Source of the DNA: Eledone cirrhosa
Lineage: Eukaryota
NCBI GenBank assembly: GCA_964016885.1
Contig: OZ024740.1
Location: 8,618,001 to 8,682,000, forward strand
DNA length: 64,000 bases
Direction: 5' to 3'
Below the pieces are notes generated by a model that was not told the origin of the DNA, made no database searches, and worked only from the letters and a program-made list of their open reading frames with translations. This document shows, piece after piece, positions 36,201 through 50,800 of this stretch. Position numbers and translations under genes: made by a program. The number at the start of each line of letters is the position of its first letter. Position 1 is the first letter of the stretch.

Positions 36201-36768
36201 GTATATCAATTCCGATTGGTATGTCAATATCGATTGGTATGTCAGTTTGGATTGGTATATCAGTTTCGATCGGTACGTCAGTTTCGATTGGTATGTCAAT
36301 TTCGATTGGTAAATCAGTTTGGATTGGTATATCAGCTTCGAATGGTATGTCAATCTCGATTGGTATGTCAGTTTCGAATGGTATGTCAGTTTCTATTGGT
36401 ATGTCTGTTTCGATTGGTATGACAGTTTCTATTAGAATATCAGTTTCTATAAGTATGTCAGTTTCTATTGGTATATCAGTTTCGATTGGTATATCAGTTT
36501 CGATTGGTATGTCAGTTTCGATTGGTATGTCAGTTTCGATTGGTATGTCAGTCTCGATTGTTATGTCAGTTTGATTGTCATGTCAGTTTCGTTGGTATAC
36601 CAGTTTCGATTGGTATATCAGTTTCGATTGGTATGTCAGTTTCGATTGGTATGTCAGTTTCGGATGGTATGTCAGTTTAGATTGGTATGTCTGTTTCGAT
36701 TGGTATGACATTTTCTATTAGAATATCAGTTTCTATAAGTATGTCAGTTTCTATTGGTATATCAGTTT
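30288..36768. repeat. Higher-order repeat, 3225 bp, 2 near-identical copies
   Basis: ORF pairs 30430/33655, 30996/34221, 31285/34510, 32112/35337, 32996/36221 and 33243/36468 are all offset by 3225. Confidence 0.92.
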
Positions 36769-39700
36769 TGATTGGTATATCAGTTTCGTTTGATATATCA
36801 GTTTCAATTAGTATGTCAGTTTCGATTGGTATGTCAGTCTCGATTGTTATGTCAGTTTCGATTGTTATGTCTGTTTCATTGGTATACCAGTTTCGATTGG
36901 TATATCAGTTTAGATTGGTATGTCAGTTTCGATTGGTATGTCAGTTTAGAATGGTATGTCAATCTCGATTGGTATGTCAGTTTCGAAAGGTATGTCAGTT
37001 TCTATTGGTATATCTGTTTCGATTGGTATGACAGTTTGATTAGTATATCAGATTCTATAAGTATGTGAGTTTCTATTGGTATATCAGTTTCGATTGGTAT
37101 ATCAGTTTCTATTGGTATGTCAGTTTTGATTGGTATGTCAGTTTCTATTGGTATATCAGTTTCGGTTGATATATCAGTTTCGATTAGTATGTCAGTTTCT
37201 ATTGGTATGTCAGTTTCGATTAGTTTATCAGTTTCTATTGGTATATCAGTTTCTATTGGTATGTCTGTTTCTATTGGTATGTCTGTTTCTATTTGTATAT
37301 CAGTTTCGATTATTATATCAATTCCGATTGGTATGTCAATTTCGATTGATATGTCAGTTTGGATTGGTATATCAGTTTCGATCGGTATGTCAGTTTCGAT
37401 GGGTATGTCAATTTCGATTGGTATATCAGTTTCGATTAGTATGTCAGTTTCTATTGGTATATCAATTTCGATTGGTATGTCAGTTTCTATTGGTATATCA
37501 GTTTCGATTGATATATCAGTTTCGATTTGTATGTCAGTTTCTATTGGTATGTCTGTTTCTATTGCTATATCAGTTTTGATTGGTATATGAGTTTCGATTG
37601 GTATATCAGTTTCGATTGGTATGTCAATTTCGATTGGTATATCAGTTTTGAATGGTATGTCAATCTCGATTGGTATGTCAATTTCGATTGGTATATCAGT
37701 TTTGATTAGTATATCAGTTTCTATTGGGATATCAGTTTCGAATGGTATATCAGTTTCAATTTGTATGTCATTTTCTATTGGTATATCAGTTTCAATTGGT
37801 AGGTCAGTTTCTATTGGAATGCCAGTTTCAATTGGTAGGTCAGTTTCTATTGGTATGTCAGTTTCGATTAGTATATCAGTTTCTATTGGTACGTCAGTTT
37901 CGATTGGTATGTCAGTCTCGATTGTTACGTCAGTTTTGATTGGTATACCAGTTTCGATAGGTATATCAGTTTCGATTGGTATGTCAGTTTTGATTGGTAT
38001 GTCAGTTTCGATTGGTATATCAGTTTCGATTGGTATGTCAGTTTCGATTGGTATATCAGTTTCGAATGGTATGTCAATCTCGATTGGTATGTCAGTTTCG
38101 AATGGTATGTCAGTTTCTATTGGTATGTCTGTTTCGATTGGTATGACAGTTTCTATTAGAATATCAGTTTCTATAAGTATGTCAGTTTCTATTGGTATAT
38201 CAGGTTCGATTGGTATATCAGTTTCGATTGGTATATCAGTTTCGATTAGTACGTCAGTATCTATTGGGATATCAGTTTCAATTGGTATGTCAGTTTCTAA
38301 TGATATTTCAGTTTCTATTGGTATGTCAGTTTCTATTGGAATATCAGTTTCAATTGGTATGTCTGTTTCTATTGGAATGTCAGTTTCAATTGGTAGGTCA
38401 GTTTCTATTGGTATGTCAGTTTCGATTAATATATCAGTTTCTATTGGTATGTCAGTTTCGATTGGTATGTCAGACTCGATTGTTATGTCAGTTTCGATTG
38501 GTATGTCAGTTTCGACTGGTATACCAGTTTCGATTGATATATCAGTATAGATTATTATGTCAGTTTCGATTGGTATATCAGTTTCGAATGGTATGTCAAT
38601 CTCGACTGGTATGTCAGTTTCGAATGGTATGTCAGTTTCTATTGGTATATCTGTTTCGATTGGTATGACAGATTGATTATTATATTAGTTTCTACAAGTA
38701 TGTTAGTTTCTATTGGTATATCAGTTTCGATTGGTATATCAGTTTCTATTAGTATGTCAGTTTTGATTAGTATGTCAGTTTCTATTGGTATATCAGTTTC
38801 GATCGGTATGTCAGTTTCGATTAGTATGTCAATTTCGATTGGTATATCAGTTTCGATTAGTATGTCAGTTTCTATTGGTATATCAGTTTCGATTGATATA
38901 TCAGTTTCGATTTGTATGACAGTTTCTATTGGTATGTCTGTTTCTATTGCTATATCACTTTTAATTGGTATATCAGTTTCGATTGGTATATCAGTTTCGA
39001 TTGGTATGTCAATTTAGATTGGTATATCAGTTTTGAATGGTATGTCAATCTCGATTGGTATGTCAATTTCGATTGGTATATCAGTTTTGATTCTATTGGG
39101 ATATCAGTTTCGAATGGTATATCAGTTTCAATTGGTATGTCATTTTCTATTGGTATATCAGTTTCAATTGGTATGTCAGTTTCTATTGGAATGTCAGTTT
39201 GAATTGGTAGGTCAGTTTCTATTGGTATGTCAGTTTCGATTAGTATATCAGTTTCTATTGGTACGTCAGTTTCGATTGGTATGTCAGTTTCGATTTTTAT
39301 GTCAGTTTCGATTGTTATGTCAGTTTTGATTGGTATACCAGTTTCGATTGGTATATCAGCTTCGATTGGTATGTCAGTTTCGATTGGTATGTCAGTTTCG
39401 ATTGGTATATCAGTTTCGATTGGTATGTCAGTTTCGATTGGTATATCAGTTTCGAATGGTATGTCAATCTCGATTGGTATGTCAGTTTCGAATGGTATGT
39501 CAGTTTCTATTGGTATGTCTGTTTCGATTGGTATGACAGTTTCTATTAGAATATCAGTTTCTATAAGTATGTCAGTTTCTATTGGTATATCAGGTTCGAT
39601 TGGTATGTCAGTTTCTATTGGTATATCAGTTCCTGTTGTATATCAGTTTCGATTAGTATGTCAGTTTCGAATGGTATGTCAGTTTCTATTGGTATATCAG

Positions 39701-42700
39701 TTCCTATTGTATGTCAGTTTCGATTACTATATCAGTTTCTATTGGTATGTCAGTTTAGATTGGTATGTCAGTTTCTAATGGTATATCAGTTTCGATTGGT
39801 ATGTTAGCTTCTATTGGTATGTCAGTTTCGATTAGTATGTCAGTTTATATTGGTATATCAGTTTCGATTGGTATATCAGTTTAGATTGGTATGTTAGTTT
39901 CTATTGGTATGTCAGTTTCGATTATTATATCAGTTACTATTTGTATGTCAGTTTCTATTGGTAGGTCAGTTTCGATTAGTTTATCAGTTTCTATTGGTAT
40001 GTCAGTTTCGATTGATATGTCAGTTTCTATTGTTATATCAGTTTCTATTGGTATATCTGTATCTGTTGGTATATCAGTTTAGATTGGTATATCAGTTTCG
40101 ATTGGTATGTCAGTTTTGATTGGTATGTCAGTTTCGATTAGTATGTCAGTTTCAATTGGTATGTCAGTTTCGATTAGTTTATCAGTTTCTATTGGTATGT
40201 CTGTTTCGATAGGTATGTCAGGTTTCTATAGGTATATCAGTTTCAATTGGTATGTCAGTTTCTATTGGAATGTCAGTTTCAATTGGTTGGTCAGTTTCTA
40301 TTGGTATGTCAGTGTCGATTAGTATATCACTTTCTAATTGTATGTCAGTTTCGATAGGTATGTCAGGTTTCTATTGGTATATCAGTTTCAATTGGTATGT
40401 CAGTTTCTATTGGAATGTCAGTTTCAATTGGTATGTCAGTTTCGATTGGTATACCAGTTTCGATTGGTATATCAGTTTCGAATGGTATGTCAATCTTGAT
40501 TGGTATATCATATTCGATTGGTATGACAGTTTCAATTAGTATATCAGTTTCTATAAGTATGTCAGTTTCTATTGGTATATCAGTTTCGATTGGTATATCA
40601 GTTTCTATTGGTATGTCAGTTTCGATTGGTATGTCAGTTTCTATTGGTATATCAGTTTCTATTGGTATGTCTGTTTCTATTGGTATGTCAGCTTCTATTG
40701 GTATATCAGTTTCGATTCGTTTATCAGTTCCGATTGGTATGACAATTTCGATTGGTATATCAGTTTGGATTGGTATATCAGTTTCGATCGGTATGTCAGT
40801 TTCGATTGCTATGTCAGTTTCGATTGTCATATCAGTTTTGAATGGTATGTCAATCTTGATTGGTATGTCAATTTCGATTGGTATATCAGTTTCGATTAGT
40901 ATGTCAGTTTCTATTGGTTTATCAGTTTCGATTGGTATATCAGTTGCGATTGGTATGTCAGTTTCTATTGGTATGTCTGTTTCTATTGCTATATCAGTTT
41001 TGATTGGTATATGAGTTTCGATTGGTATATCAGTGTCGATTGATATGTCAATTTCGATTGGTATATCAGTTTCGATTAGTATGTCAGTTTCTATTGGGAT
41101 ATCACTTTCGAATGGTATATCAGTTTCTATTGGTATGTCAGTTTCTAATGATATATCAGTTGCGATTAGTATATCAGTTTCTATTGGTATGTCAGTCTCG
41201 ATTGGTATGTCAGTCTCGATTGTTATGTCAGTTTCGATTGTTACGTCAGTTTCGTTGGTATACCAGTTTCGATTGGTATATCAGTTTAGATTTGTATGTC
41301 AGTTTCGATTGGTATGTCAGTTTCGATAGGTATATCAGTTTCGATTGGTATGTCAGTTTCGACTGGTATATTAGTTTCGAATGGTATGTCAATCTTGATT
41401 GGTATGTCAGTTTCGCATGGTATGTCAGTTTCTATTGTTAGATCTGTTTCGATTGGTGTGACAGTTTCGATTAGAATATCAGTTTCTATAAGTATGTCAG
41501 TTTCTATTGGTATATCAGTTTCGATTGGTATATGAGTTTCGATTGGTATGTCAGTCTCGGTTGGTATGTCAGTTTCTATTGGTATATCAGTTTCGTTTGT
41601 TATATCAGTTTCGATTAGTATGTCAGTTTCTATTGGTATGTCAGTTTGGATTAGTTTATCAGTTTCTATTGGCATGTCAGACTCGATTGTTATGTCAGTT
41701 TCGATTGGTATGTCAGTTTCGATTGGTATATCAGTTTCAATTGGTATGTCAGTTTCGATTGGTATGTCAGTTTCGATTGGTATATCAGTTTCGATTGGTA
41801 TATCAGTTTCGATTGGTATGTCAGTTTCGATTGGTATGTCAGACTCGATTGTTATATCAGTTTCGATTGGTATGTCAGTTTCGATTGGTATACGAGTTTC
41901 GATTGGTATGTCAGTTTAGATTGGTATGTCAGTTTCGATTGGTATATGAGTTTCGAATGGTATGTCAATCTCGATTGGTATGTCTGTTTCTATTGGTATG
42001 TCTGTTTCGATTGAAATATCAGTTCCGATTGGAATGTCAATTTCTATTGGTATGTCAGTTGGGATTGGTATATCAGTTTCGATCGGTATGTCAGTTTCGA
42101 TTGCTATGTCAGTTTCGATTGTTATATCAGTTTTGAATGGTATGTCAATCTCGATTGGTATGACAATTTCGATTGGTATATCAGTTTCTGTTGGTATATC
42201 AGTTTTGATTGGTACTTCAGTTCCTATTGGTATATCAGTTTCGATTGATATATCAGTTTCGATTAGTATGTCAGTTTCTATTGGTATGTCAGTTTCGATT
42301 AGTTTGTCAGTTTCTATTGGTATGTCAGTTTTCGATTTGTATGTCAGTTTCTATTGGTATATCAGTTTCTATTCGTATGTCTGTTTCTATTGGTATGTCT
42401 GTTTCTATTTGTATATCAGTTTCGATTGGTATATCAATTCCGATTGGTATGTCAATTTCGATTGGTATGTCAGTCTGGATTGGTATATCAGTTTCTATCG
42501 GTATGTCAGTTTTGATTGGTATGTCAATTTCGATTGGTATATCAGTTTCGATTAGTATGTCAGTTTCTATTGATATATCAATTTCGATTGGTATGTCAGT
42601 TTCGATTGGTATGTCAGTTTCTATTAGTATGTCAGTTTCGATTGATATATCAGTTTCGATTTGTATGTCAGTTTCTATTGGTATGTCTGTTTCTATTGCT

Positions 42701-45700
42701 ATATCAGTTTTGATTGGTATATCAGTTTCGATTGGTATATCAGTTTCGATTGGTATGTCAATTTCGATTGGTATATCAGTTTTGAATGGAATGTCAATCT
42801 CGCTTGGTATGTCAATTTCGATTGGTATATCAGTTTCGATTAGTATGTCAGTTTCTATTGGGATATCAGTTTCGAATGGTATATCAGTTTCAATTGGTAT
42901 GTCAGTTTCAATTGGAAGGTTAGTTTCTATTGGTATGTCAGTTTCGATTAGTATATCAGTTTCTATTGGTATGTCAGTCTCGATTGGTATGTTAGTCTCG
43001 ATTGTTATGTCAGTTTCGATTGTTATGTCAGTTTTGATTGGTATATCAGTTTAAATTGGTATGTCAGTTTCGATTGGTATGTCAGTTTCGATTGGTATAT
43101 CAGTTTGGATTGGTATGTCAGTTTCGATTGGTATATCAGTTTCGAATGGTATGTCAATCTCGATTGGTATGTCTGTTTCGATTGGTATGACACTTTCTAT
43201 TAGAATATCAGTTTCGTTTGATATATCAGTTTCTATTGGTATGTCAGTTTTGATTGGTATGTCAGTTTCTATTGGTATATCAATTTCTATTGATATATCA
43301 GTTTCGATTAGTATGTCAGTTTCTATTGGTATATCAGTTTCGATTAATTTATCAGTTTCTATTGGTAGAAAGTTTTGATTGGTATGTCAGTTTCTATTGG
43401 TATATCAGTTTCTATTGGTATGTCTGTTTCTATTGGTATGTCTGTTTCTATTGGTATATCAGTTTCGATTGGTTTATCAGTTCCGATTGGTATGTCAATT
43501 TTGATTGGTATATCAGTTTGGATTGGTATATCAGTTACGATCGGTATGTCAGTTTCGATTGCTATGTCAGTTTCGATTGTTAGATCAGTTTTGAATGGTA
43601 TGTCAATCTCGATTGGTATGTCAATTTCGATTGGTATATCAGTTTCGATTAGTATGTTAATTTATATTGATATATCAGTTTCGATTGGTATATCAGTTGC
43701 GATTGGTATGTCAGTTTCTATTGGTATGTCAGTTTCTATTGGTATATCAGTTCCTGTTGTATATCAGTTTCGATTAGTATGTCAGTTTCGAATGGTATGT
43801 CAGTTTCTATTGGTATATCAGTTCCTATTGTATGTCAGTTTCGATTACTATATCAGTTTCTATTGGTATGTCAGTTTAGATTGGTATGTCAGTTTCTAAT
43901 GGTATATCAGTTTCGATTGGTATGTTAGCTTCTATTGGTATGTCAGTTTCGATTAGTATGTCAGTTTATATTGGTTTATCAGTTTCGGTTGGTATATCAG
44001 TTTAGATTGGTATGTAAGTTTCTATTGGTATGTCAGTTTCGATTAGTTTATCAGTTTCTATTGGTATGTCAGTTTCGATTGATATGTCAGTTTCTATTGT
44101 TATATCAGTTTCTATTGGTATATCTGTATCTGTTGGTATATCAGTTTAGATTGGTATATCAGTTTCGATTGGTATGTCAGTTTCAATTGGTATGTCAGTT
44201 TCGATTAGTATGTCAGTTTCAATTGGTATGTCAGTTTCGATTAGTTTATCAGTTTCTATTGGTATGTCTGTTTCGATAGGTATGTCAGGTTTCTATAGGT
44301 ATATCAGTTTCAATTGGTATGTCAGTTTCTATTGGAATGTCAGTTTCAATTGGTAGGTCAGTTTCTATTGGTATGTCAGTTTCGATTAGTATATCACTTT
44401 CTAATTGTATGTCAGTTTCGATAGGTATGTCAGGTTTCTATTGGTATATCAGTTTCAATTGGTATGTCAGTTTCTATTGGAATGTCAGTTTCAATTGGTA
44501 TGTCAGTTTCTATTGGTATATCAGTTTCGATTGGTATATCAGTTTTTATTGGTATGTCAGTTTCGATTGGTATGTCAGTTTCTATTGGTATATCAGTTTC
44601 TATTGGTATGTCTGTTTCTATTGGTATGTCAGATTCTATTGGTATATCAATTTCGATTCGTTTATCAGTTCCGATTGGTATGTCAATTTCGATTGGTATA
44701 TCAGTTCGGATTGGTATATCAGTTTCGATCGGTATGTCAGTTTCGATTGCTATGTCAGTTTCGATTGTCATATCAGTTTTGAATGGTATGTCAATCTTGA
44801 TTGGTATGTCAATTTCGATTGGTATATCAGTTTCGATTAGTATGTCAGTTTCTATTGGGATATCACTTTCGAATAGTATATCAGTTTCTATTGGTATGTC
44901 AGTTTCTAATGATATATCAGTTGCGATTAGTATATCAGTTTCTATTGGTATGTCAGTTTCGATTGGTATGTCAGTCTCGATTGTTATGTCAGTTTCAATT
45001 GTTATGTCAGTTTCGTTGGTATACCAGTTTCGATTGGTATATCAGTTTAGATTTGTATGTCAGTTTCGATTGGTATGTCAGTTTCGATAGGTATATCAGT
45101 TTCGATTGGTATGTCAGTTTCGACTGGTATATTAGTTTCGAATGGTATGTCAATCTTGATTGGTATGTCAGTTTCGCATGGTATGTCAGTTTCTATTGTT
45201 ATATCTGTTTCGATTGGTATGACAGTTTCGATTAGAATATCAGTTTCTATAAGTATGTCAGTTTCTATTGGTATATCAGTTTCGATTGGTATATGAGTTT
45301 CGATCGGTATGTCAGTCTCGGTTGGTATGTCAGTTTCTATTGGTATATCAGTTTCGTTTGTTATATCAGTTTCGATTAGTATGTCAGTTTCTATTGGTAT
45401 GTCAGTTTGGATTAGTTTATCAGTTTCTATTGGTATGTCAATTTCGATTGGTACGTCAGTTTCTATTGGTATATCAGTTTCTATTGGTATATCAGTTTCT
45501 ATTGGTATGTCAGTTTCGATTGGTATGTCAGACTCGATTGTTATGTCAGTTTCGATTGGTATGTCAGTTTCGATTGGTATATCAGTTTCGATTGGTATGT
45601 CAGTTTCGATTGGTATGTCAGTTTCGATTGGTATATCAGTTTCGATTGGTATATCAGTTTCGATTGGTATGTCAGTTTCGATTGGTATGTCAGACTCGAT

Positions 45701-46464
45701 TGTTATATCAGTTTCGATTGGTATGTCAGTTTCGATTGGTATACGAGTTTCGATTGGTATGTCAGTTTAGATTGGTATGTCAGTTTCGATTGGTATATGA
45801 GTTTCGAATGGTATGTCAATCTCGATTGGTATGTCTGTTTCTATTGGTATGTCTGTTTCGATTGAAATATCAGTTCCGATTGGAATGTCAATTTCTATTG
45901 GTATGTCAGTTTGGATTGGTATATCAGTTTCGATCGGTATGTCAGTTTCGATTGCTATGTCAGTTTCGATTGTTACATCAGTTTTGAATGGTATGTCAAT
46001 CTCGATTGGTATGACAATTTCGATTGGTATATCAGTTTCTGTTGGTATGTCAGTTCTGATTGGTACTTCAGTTTCTATTGGTATATCAGTTTCGATTGAT
46101 ATATCAGTTTCGATTAGTATGTCAGTTTCTATAGGTATGTCAGTTTCGATTAGTTTATCAGTTTCTATTGGTATGTCAGTTTTCGATTTGTATGTCAGTT
46201 TCTATTGATATATCAGTTTCTATTCGTATGTCTGTTTCTATTGGTATGTCTGTTTCTATTTGTATATCAGTTTCGATTGGTATATCAATTCCGATTGGTA
46301 TGTCAATTTCGATTGGTATGTCAGTTTGGATTGGTATATCAGTTTCGATCGGTATGTCAGTTTTGATTGGTATGTCAATTTCGATTGGTATATCAGTTTC
46401 GATTAGTATGTCAGTTTCTATTAGTATGTCAGTTTCGATTGATATATCAGTTTCGATTTGTATG

Positions 46465-47850
46465 TCAGTTTCTATTGGTATGTCTGTTTCTATTGGTATA
46501 TCAGTTTCTATTGGTATGTCTGTTTCTATTGGTATGTCTGTTTCTATTGGTTTATCAGTTCCGATTGGTATGTCAGTTTCTATTGGTATGTCTGTTTCTA
46601 TTGCTATATCAGTTTTGATTGGTATATCAGTTTCGATTGGTATATCAGTTTCGATTGGTATGTCAATTTCGATTGGTATATCAGTTTTGAATGGAATGTC
46701 AATCTCGATTGGTATGTCAATTTCGATTGGTATATCAGTTTCGATTAGTATGTCAGTTTCTATTGGGATATCAGTTTCGAATGGTATATCAGTTTCAATT
46801 GGTATGTCAGTTTCTATTGGAATGTCAGTTTCAATTGGAAGGTTAGTTTCTATTGGTATGTCAGTTTCGATTAGTATATCAGTTTCTATTGGTATGTCAG
46901 TCTCGATTGGTATGTCAGTCTCGATTGTTATGTCAGTTTCGATTGTTATGTCAGTTTCGATTGGTATACCAGTTTCGATTGGTATATCAGTTTAAATTGG
47001 TATGTCAGTTTCGATTGGTATGTCAGTTTCGATTGGTATATCAGTTTGGATTGGTATGTCAGTTTCGATTGGTATATCAGTTTCGAATGGTATGTCAATC
47101 TCGATTGGTATGTCAGTTTCGAATGGTATGTCAGTTTTGAATGGTATGTCAGTTTCTATTGGTATGTCTGTTTCTATTGGTATATCAGTTTCTATTGGTA
47201 TGTCTGTTTCTATTGGTATGTCTGTTTCTATTGGTTTATCAGTTCCGATTGGTATGTCAGTTTCTATTGGTATGTCTGTTTCTATTGCTATATCAGTTTT
47301 GATTGGTATATCAGTTTCGATTGGTATATCAGTTTCGATTGGTATGTCAATTTCGATTGGTATATCAGTTTTGAATGGAATGTCAATCTCGATTGGTATG
47401 TCAATTTCGATTGGTATATCAGTTTCGATTAGTATGTCAGTTTCTATTGGGATATCAGTTTCGAATGGTATATCAGTTTCAATTGGTATGTCAGTTTCTA
47501 TTGGAATGTCAGTTTCAATTGGAAGGTTAGTTTCTATTGGTATGTCAGTTTCGATTAGTATATGAGTTTCTATTGGTATGTCAGTCTCGATTGGTATGTC
47601 AGTCTCGATTGTTATGTCAGTTTCGATTGTTATGTCAGTTTCGATTGGTATACCAGTTTCGATTGGTATATCAGTTTAAATTGGTATGTCAGTTTCGATT
47701 GGTATGTCAGTTTCGATTGGTATATCAGTTTGGATTGGTATGTCAGTTTCGATTGGTATATCAGTTTCGAATGGTATGTCAATCTCGATTGGTATGTCAG
47801 TTTCGAATGGTATGTCAGTTTTGAATGGTATGTCAGTTTCTATTGGTATG
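46465..47850. repeat. 684-bp (38-monomer) tandem duplication
   Basis: ORF pairs 46853/47537 and 47002/47686. The rare variants attggaaggttag and gtttaaattgg recur at an offset of 684. Boundaries are approximate. Confidence 0.8.
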
Positions 47851-50800
47851 TCTGTTTCGATTGGTATGACACTTTCTATTAGAATATCAGTTTCGTTTGA
47901 TATATCAGTTTCTATTGGTATGTCAGTTTTGATTGGTATGTCAGTTTCTATTGGTATATCAATTTCTATTGATATATCAGTTTCGATTAGTATGTCAGTT
48001 TCTATTGGTATATCAGTTTCGATTAATTTATCAGTTTCTATTGGTAGTCAGTTTCGATTGGTATGTCAGTTTCTATTGGTATATCAGTTTCTATTGGTAT
48101 GTCTGTTTCTATTGGTATGTCTGTTTCTATTGGTATATCAGTTTCGATTGGTTTATCAGTTCCGATTGGTATGTCAATTTCGATTGGTATATCAGTTTGG
48201 ATTGGTATATCAGTTACGATCGGTATGTCAGTTTCGATTGCTATGTCAGTTTCGATTGTTATATCAATTTAGAATGGTATGTCAATCTCGATTAGTATGT
48301 CAATTTCGATTGGTATATCAGTTTCGATTAGTATGTTAATTTCTATTGATATATCAGTTTCGATTGGTATATCAGTTGCGATTGGTATGTCAGTTTCTAT
48401 TGGTATGTCTGTTTCTATTGCTATATCAGTTGTGATTGGTATATCAGTTTCGATTGGTATATCAGTGTCGATTGGTATGTCAATTTCGATTGGTATATCA
48501 GTTTCGATTAGTATGTCAATTTCTATTGGGATATCACTTTCGAATGGTATATCAGTTTCAATTGGTATGTCAGTTTCGATTAGTATATCAGTTTCTATTG
48601 GTATGTCAGTTTCGATTGGTATGTCAGTCTCGATTTTTATGTCAGTTTCGATTGTTATGTCAGTTTCGTTGGTATACCAGTTTCGATTGGTATATCAGTT
48701 TAGATTGGTATGTCAGTTTCGATTGGTAAGTCAGTTTCGATTGGTATATCAGTTTCGATTGGTATGTCAGTTTCGATTGGTATATCAGTTTCGAATGGTA
48801 TGTCAATCTCGATTGGTATGTCAGTTTCGAATGGTATGTCAGTTTCTATTGTTATATCTGCTTCGATTGGTATGACAGTTTCGATTAGAAAATCAGTTTC
48901 TATAAGTATGTCAGTTTCTATTGGTATATCAGTTTCGATTGGTATATCAGTTTCGATTGGTATGTCAGTTTCTATTGGTATATCAGTTTCGTTTGTTATA
49001 TCAGTTTCGATTAGTACGTCAGTTTCTATTGGTATGTCACTTTCGATTGGTATGTCAGTTTCTATTGGTATATCAGTTTCTATTGGTATATCAGTTTCTA
49101 TTGGTATGTCTGTTTCTATTGCTATATCAGTTTCGATTGGTATATCAGTTTCGATTAATATATCAGTTTCGATTGGTATGTCAGTTTCGAATGATATGTC
49201 AGTTTCGAATGGTATGTCAGTTTCTATTGGTATGTCTGTTTCGGTTGGTATGACACTTTCTATTAGAATATCAGTTACGTTTGATATATCAGTTTCTATT
49301 GGTATGTCAGTTTTGATTGGTATGTCAGTTTCTATTGGTATATCAATTTCTATTGATATATCACTTTCGATTAGTATGTCAGTTTCTATTGGTATATCAG
49401 TTTCGATTAATTTATCAGTTTCTATTGGTAGTCAGTTTCGATTGGTATGTCAGTTTCTATTGGTATATCAGGTTCTATTGGTATGTCTGTTTCTATTGGT
49501 ATGTCTGTTTCTATTGGTTCATCAGTTCCGACTGGTGTGTCAATTTCGATTGGTATATCAATTTGGATTGGTATATCAGTTTCGATCGGTATGTCAGTTT
49601 CGATTGCTATGTCAGTTTAGATTGTTATATCAGTTTTGAATGGTATGTCAATCTCGATTGGTATGTCAATTTCGATTGGTATATCAGTTTCGATTAGTAT
49701 GTTAATTTCTATTGATATATCAGTTTCGATTGGTATATCAGTTGCGATTGGTATGTCAGTTTCTATTGGTATGTCTGTTTCTATTGCTATATCAGTTTTG
49801 ATTAGTATATCAGTTTCGATTGGTATATCAGTGTCGATTGGTATGTCAATTTTGATTGGTATATCAGTTTCGATTAGTATGTCAGTTTCTATTGGGATAT
49901 CACTTTCGAATGGTATATCAGTTTCAATTGGTATGTCAGTTTCTAATGATATATCAGTTTCTATTGGTATGTCAGTTTCTATTGGTATATCAGTTTCAAT
50001 TGGTATGTCAGTTTCGATTAGTATATCAGTTTCTATTGGTATGTCAGTTTCGATTGGTATGTCAGTCTTGATTGTTATGTCAGTTTCGATTGTCATGTCA
50101 GTTTCGTTGGTATACCAGTTTCGAATGGTATGTCAATCTCGATTGGTATGTCAGTTTCGAATGGTATGTCAGTTACTATTGTTATATCTGCTTCGATTGG
50201 TATGATAGTTTCGATTAGAAAATCAGTTTCTATAAGTATGTCAGTTTCTATTGGTATATCAGTTTCGATTGGTATATCAGTTTCGATTGGTATGTCAGTT
50301 TCTATTGGTATATCAATTTCGTTTGTTATATCAGTTTCGATTAGTACGTCAGTTTCTATTGCTATGTCAGTTTCGATTAGTTCATCAGTTTCTATTGGTA
50401 TGTCAGTTTCGATTGGTATGTCAGTTTCTATTGGTATATCAGTTTCTATTGGTATATCAGTTTCTATTGGTATGTCTGTTTCTATTGCTATATCAGCTTC
50501 GATTGGTATATCAGTTTCGATTAATATATCAGTTTCGTTTGGTATGTCAGTTTCGATTGGTATGTCAGACTCGATTGTTATGTCAGTTTCGATTGGTATG
50601 TCAGTTCCGATTGGTATACGAGTTTCGATTGGTATATCAGTTTAGATTTGTATGTCAGTTTCGATTGGTATATCAGTTTCGAATGGTATGTCAATCTCGA
50701 TTGGTATGTCTGTTTCTATTGGTATGTCTGTTTCGATTGAAATATCAGTTCCGATTGGTATGTCAATTTCGACTGGTATGTCAGTTTGGATTGGTATATC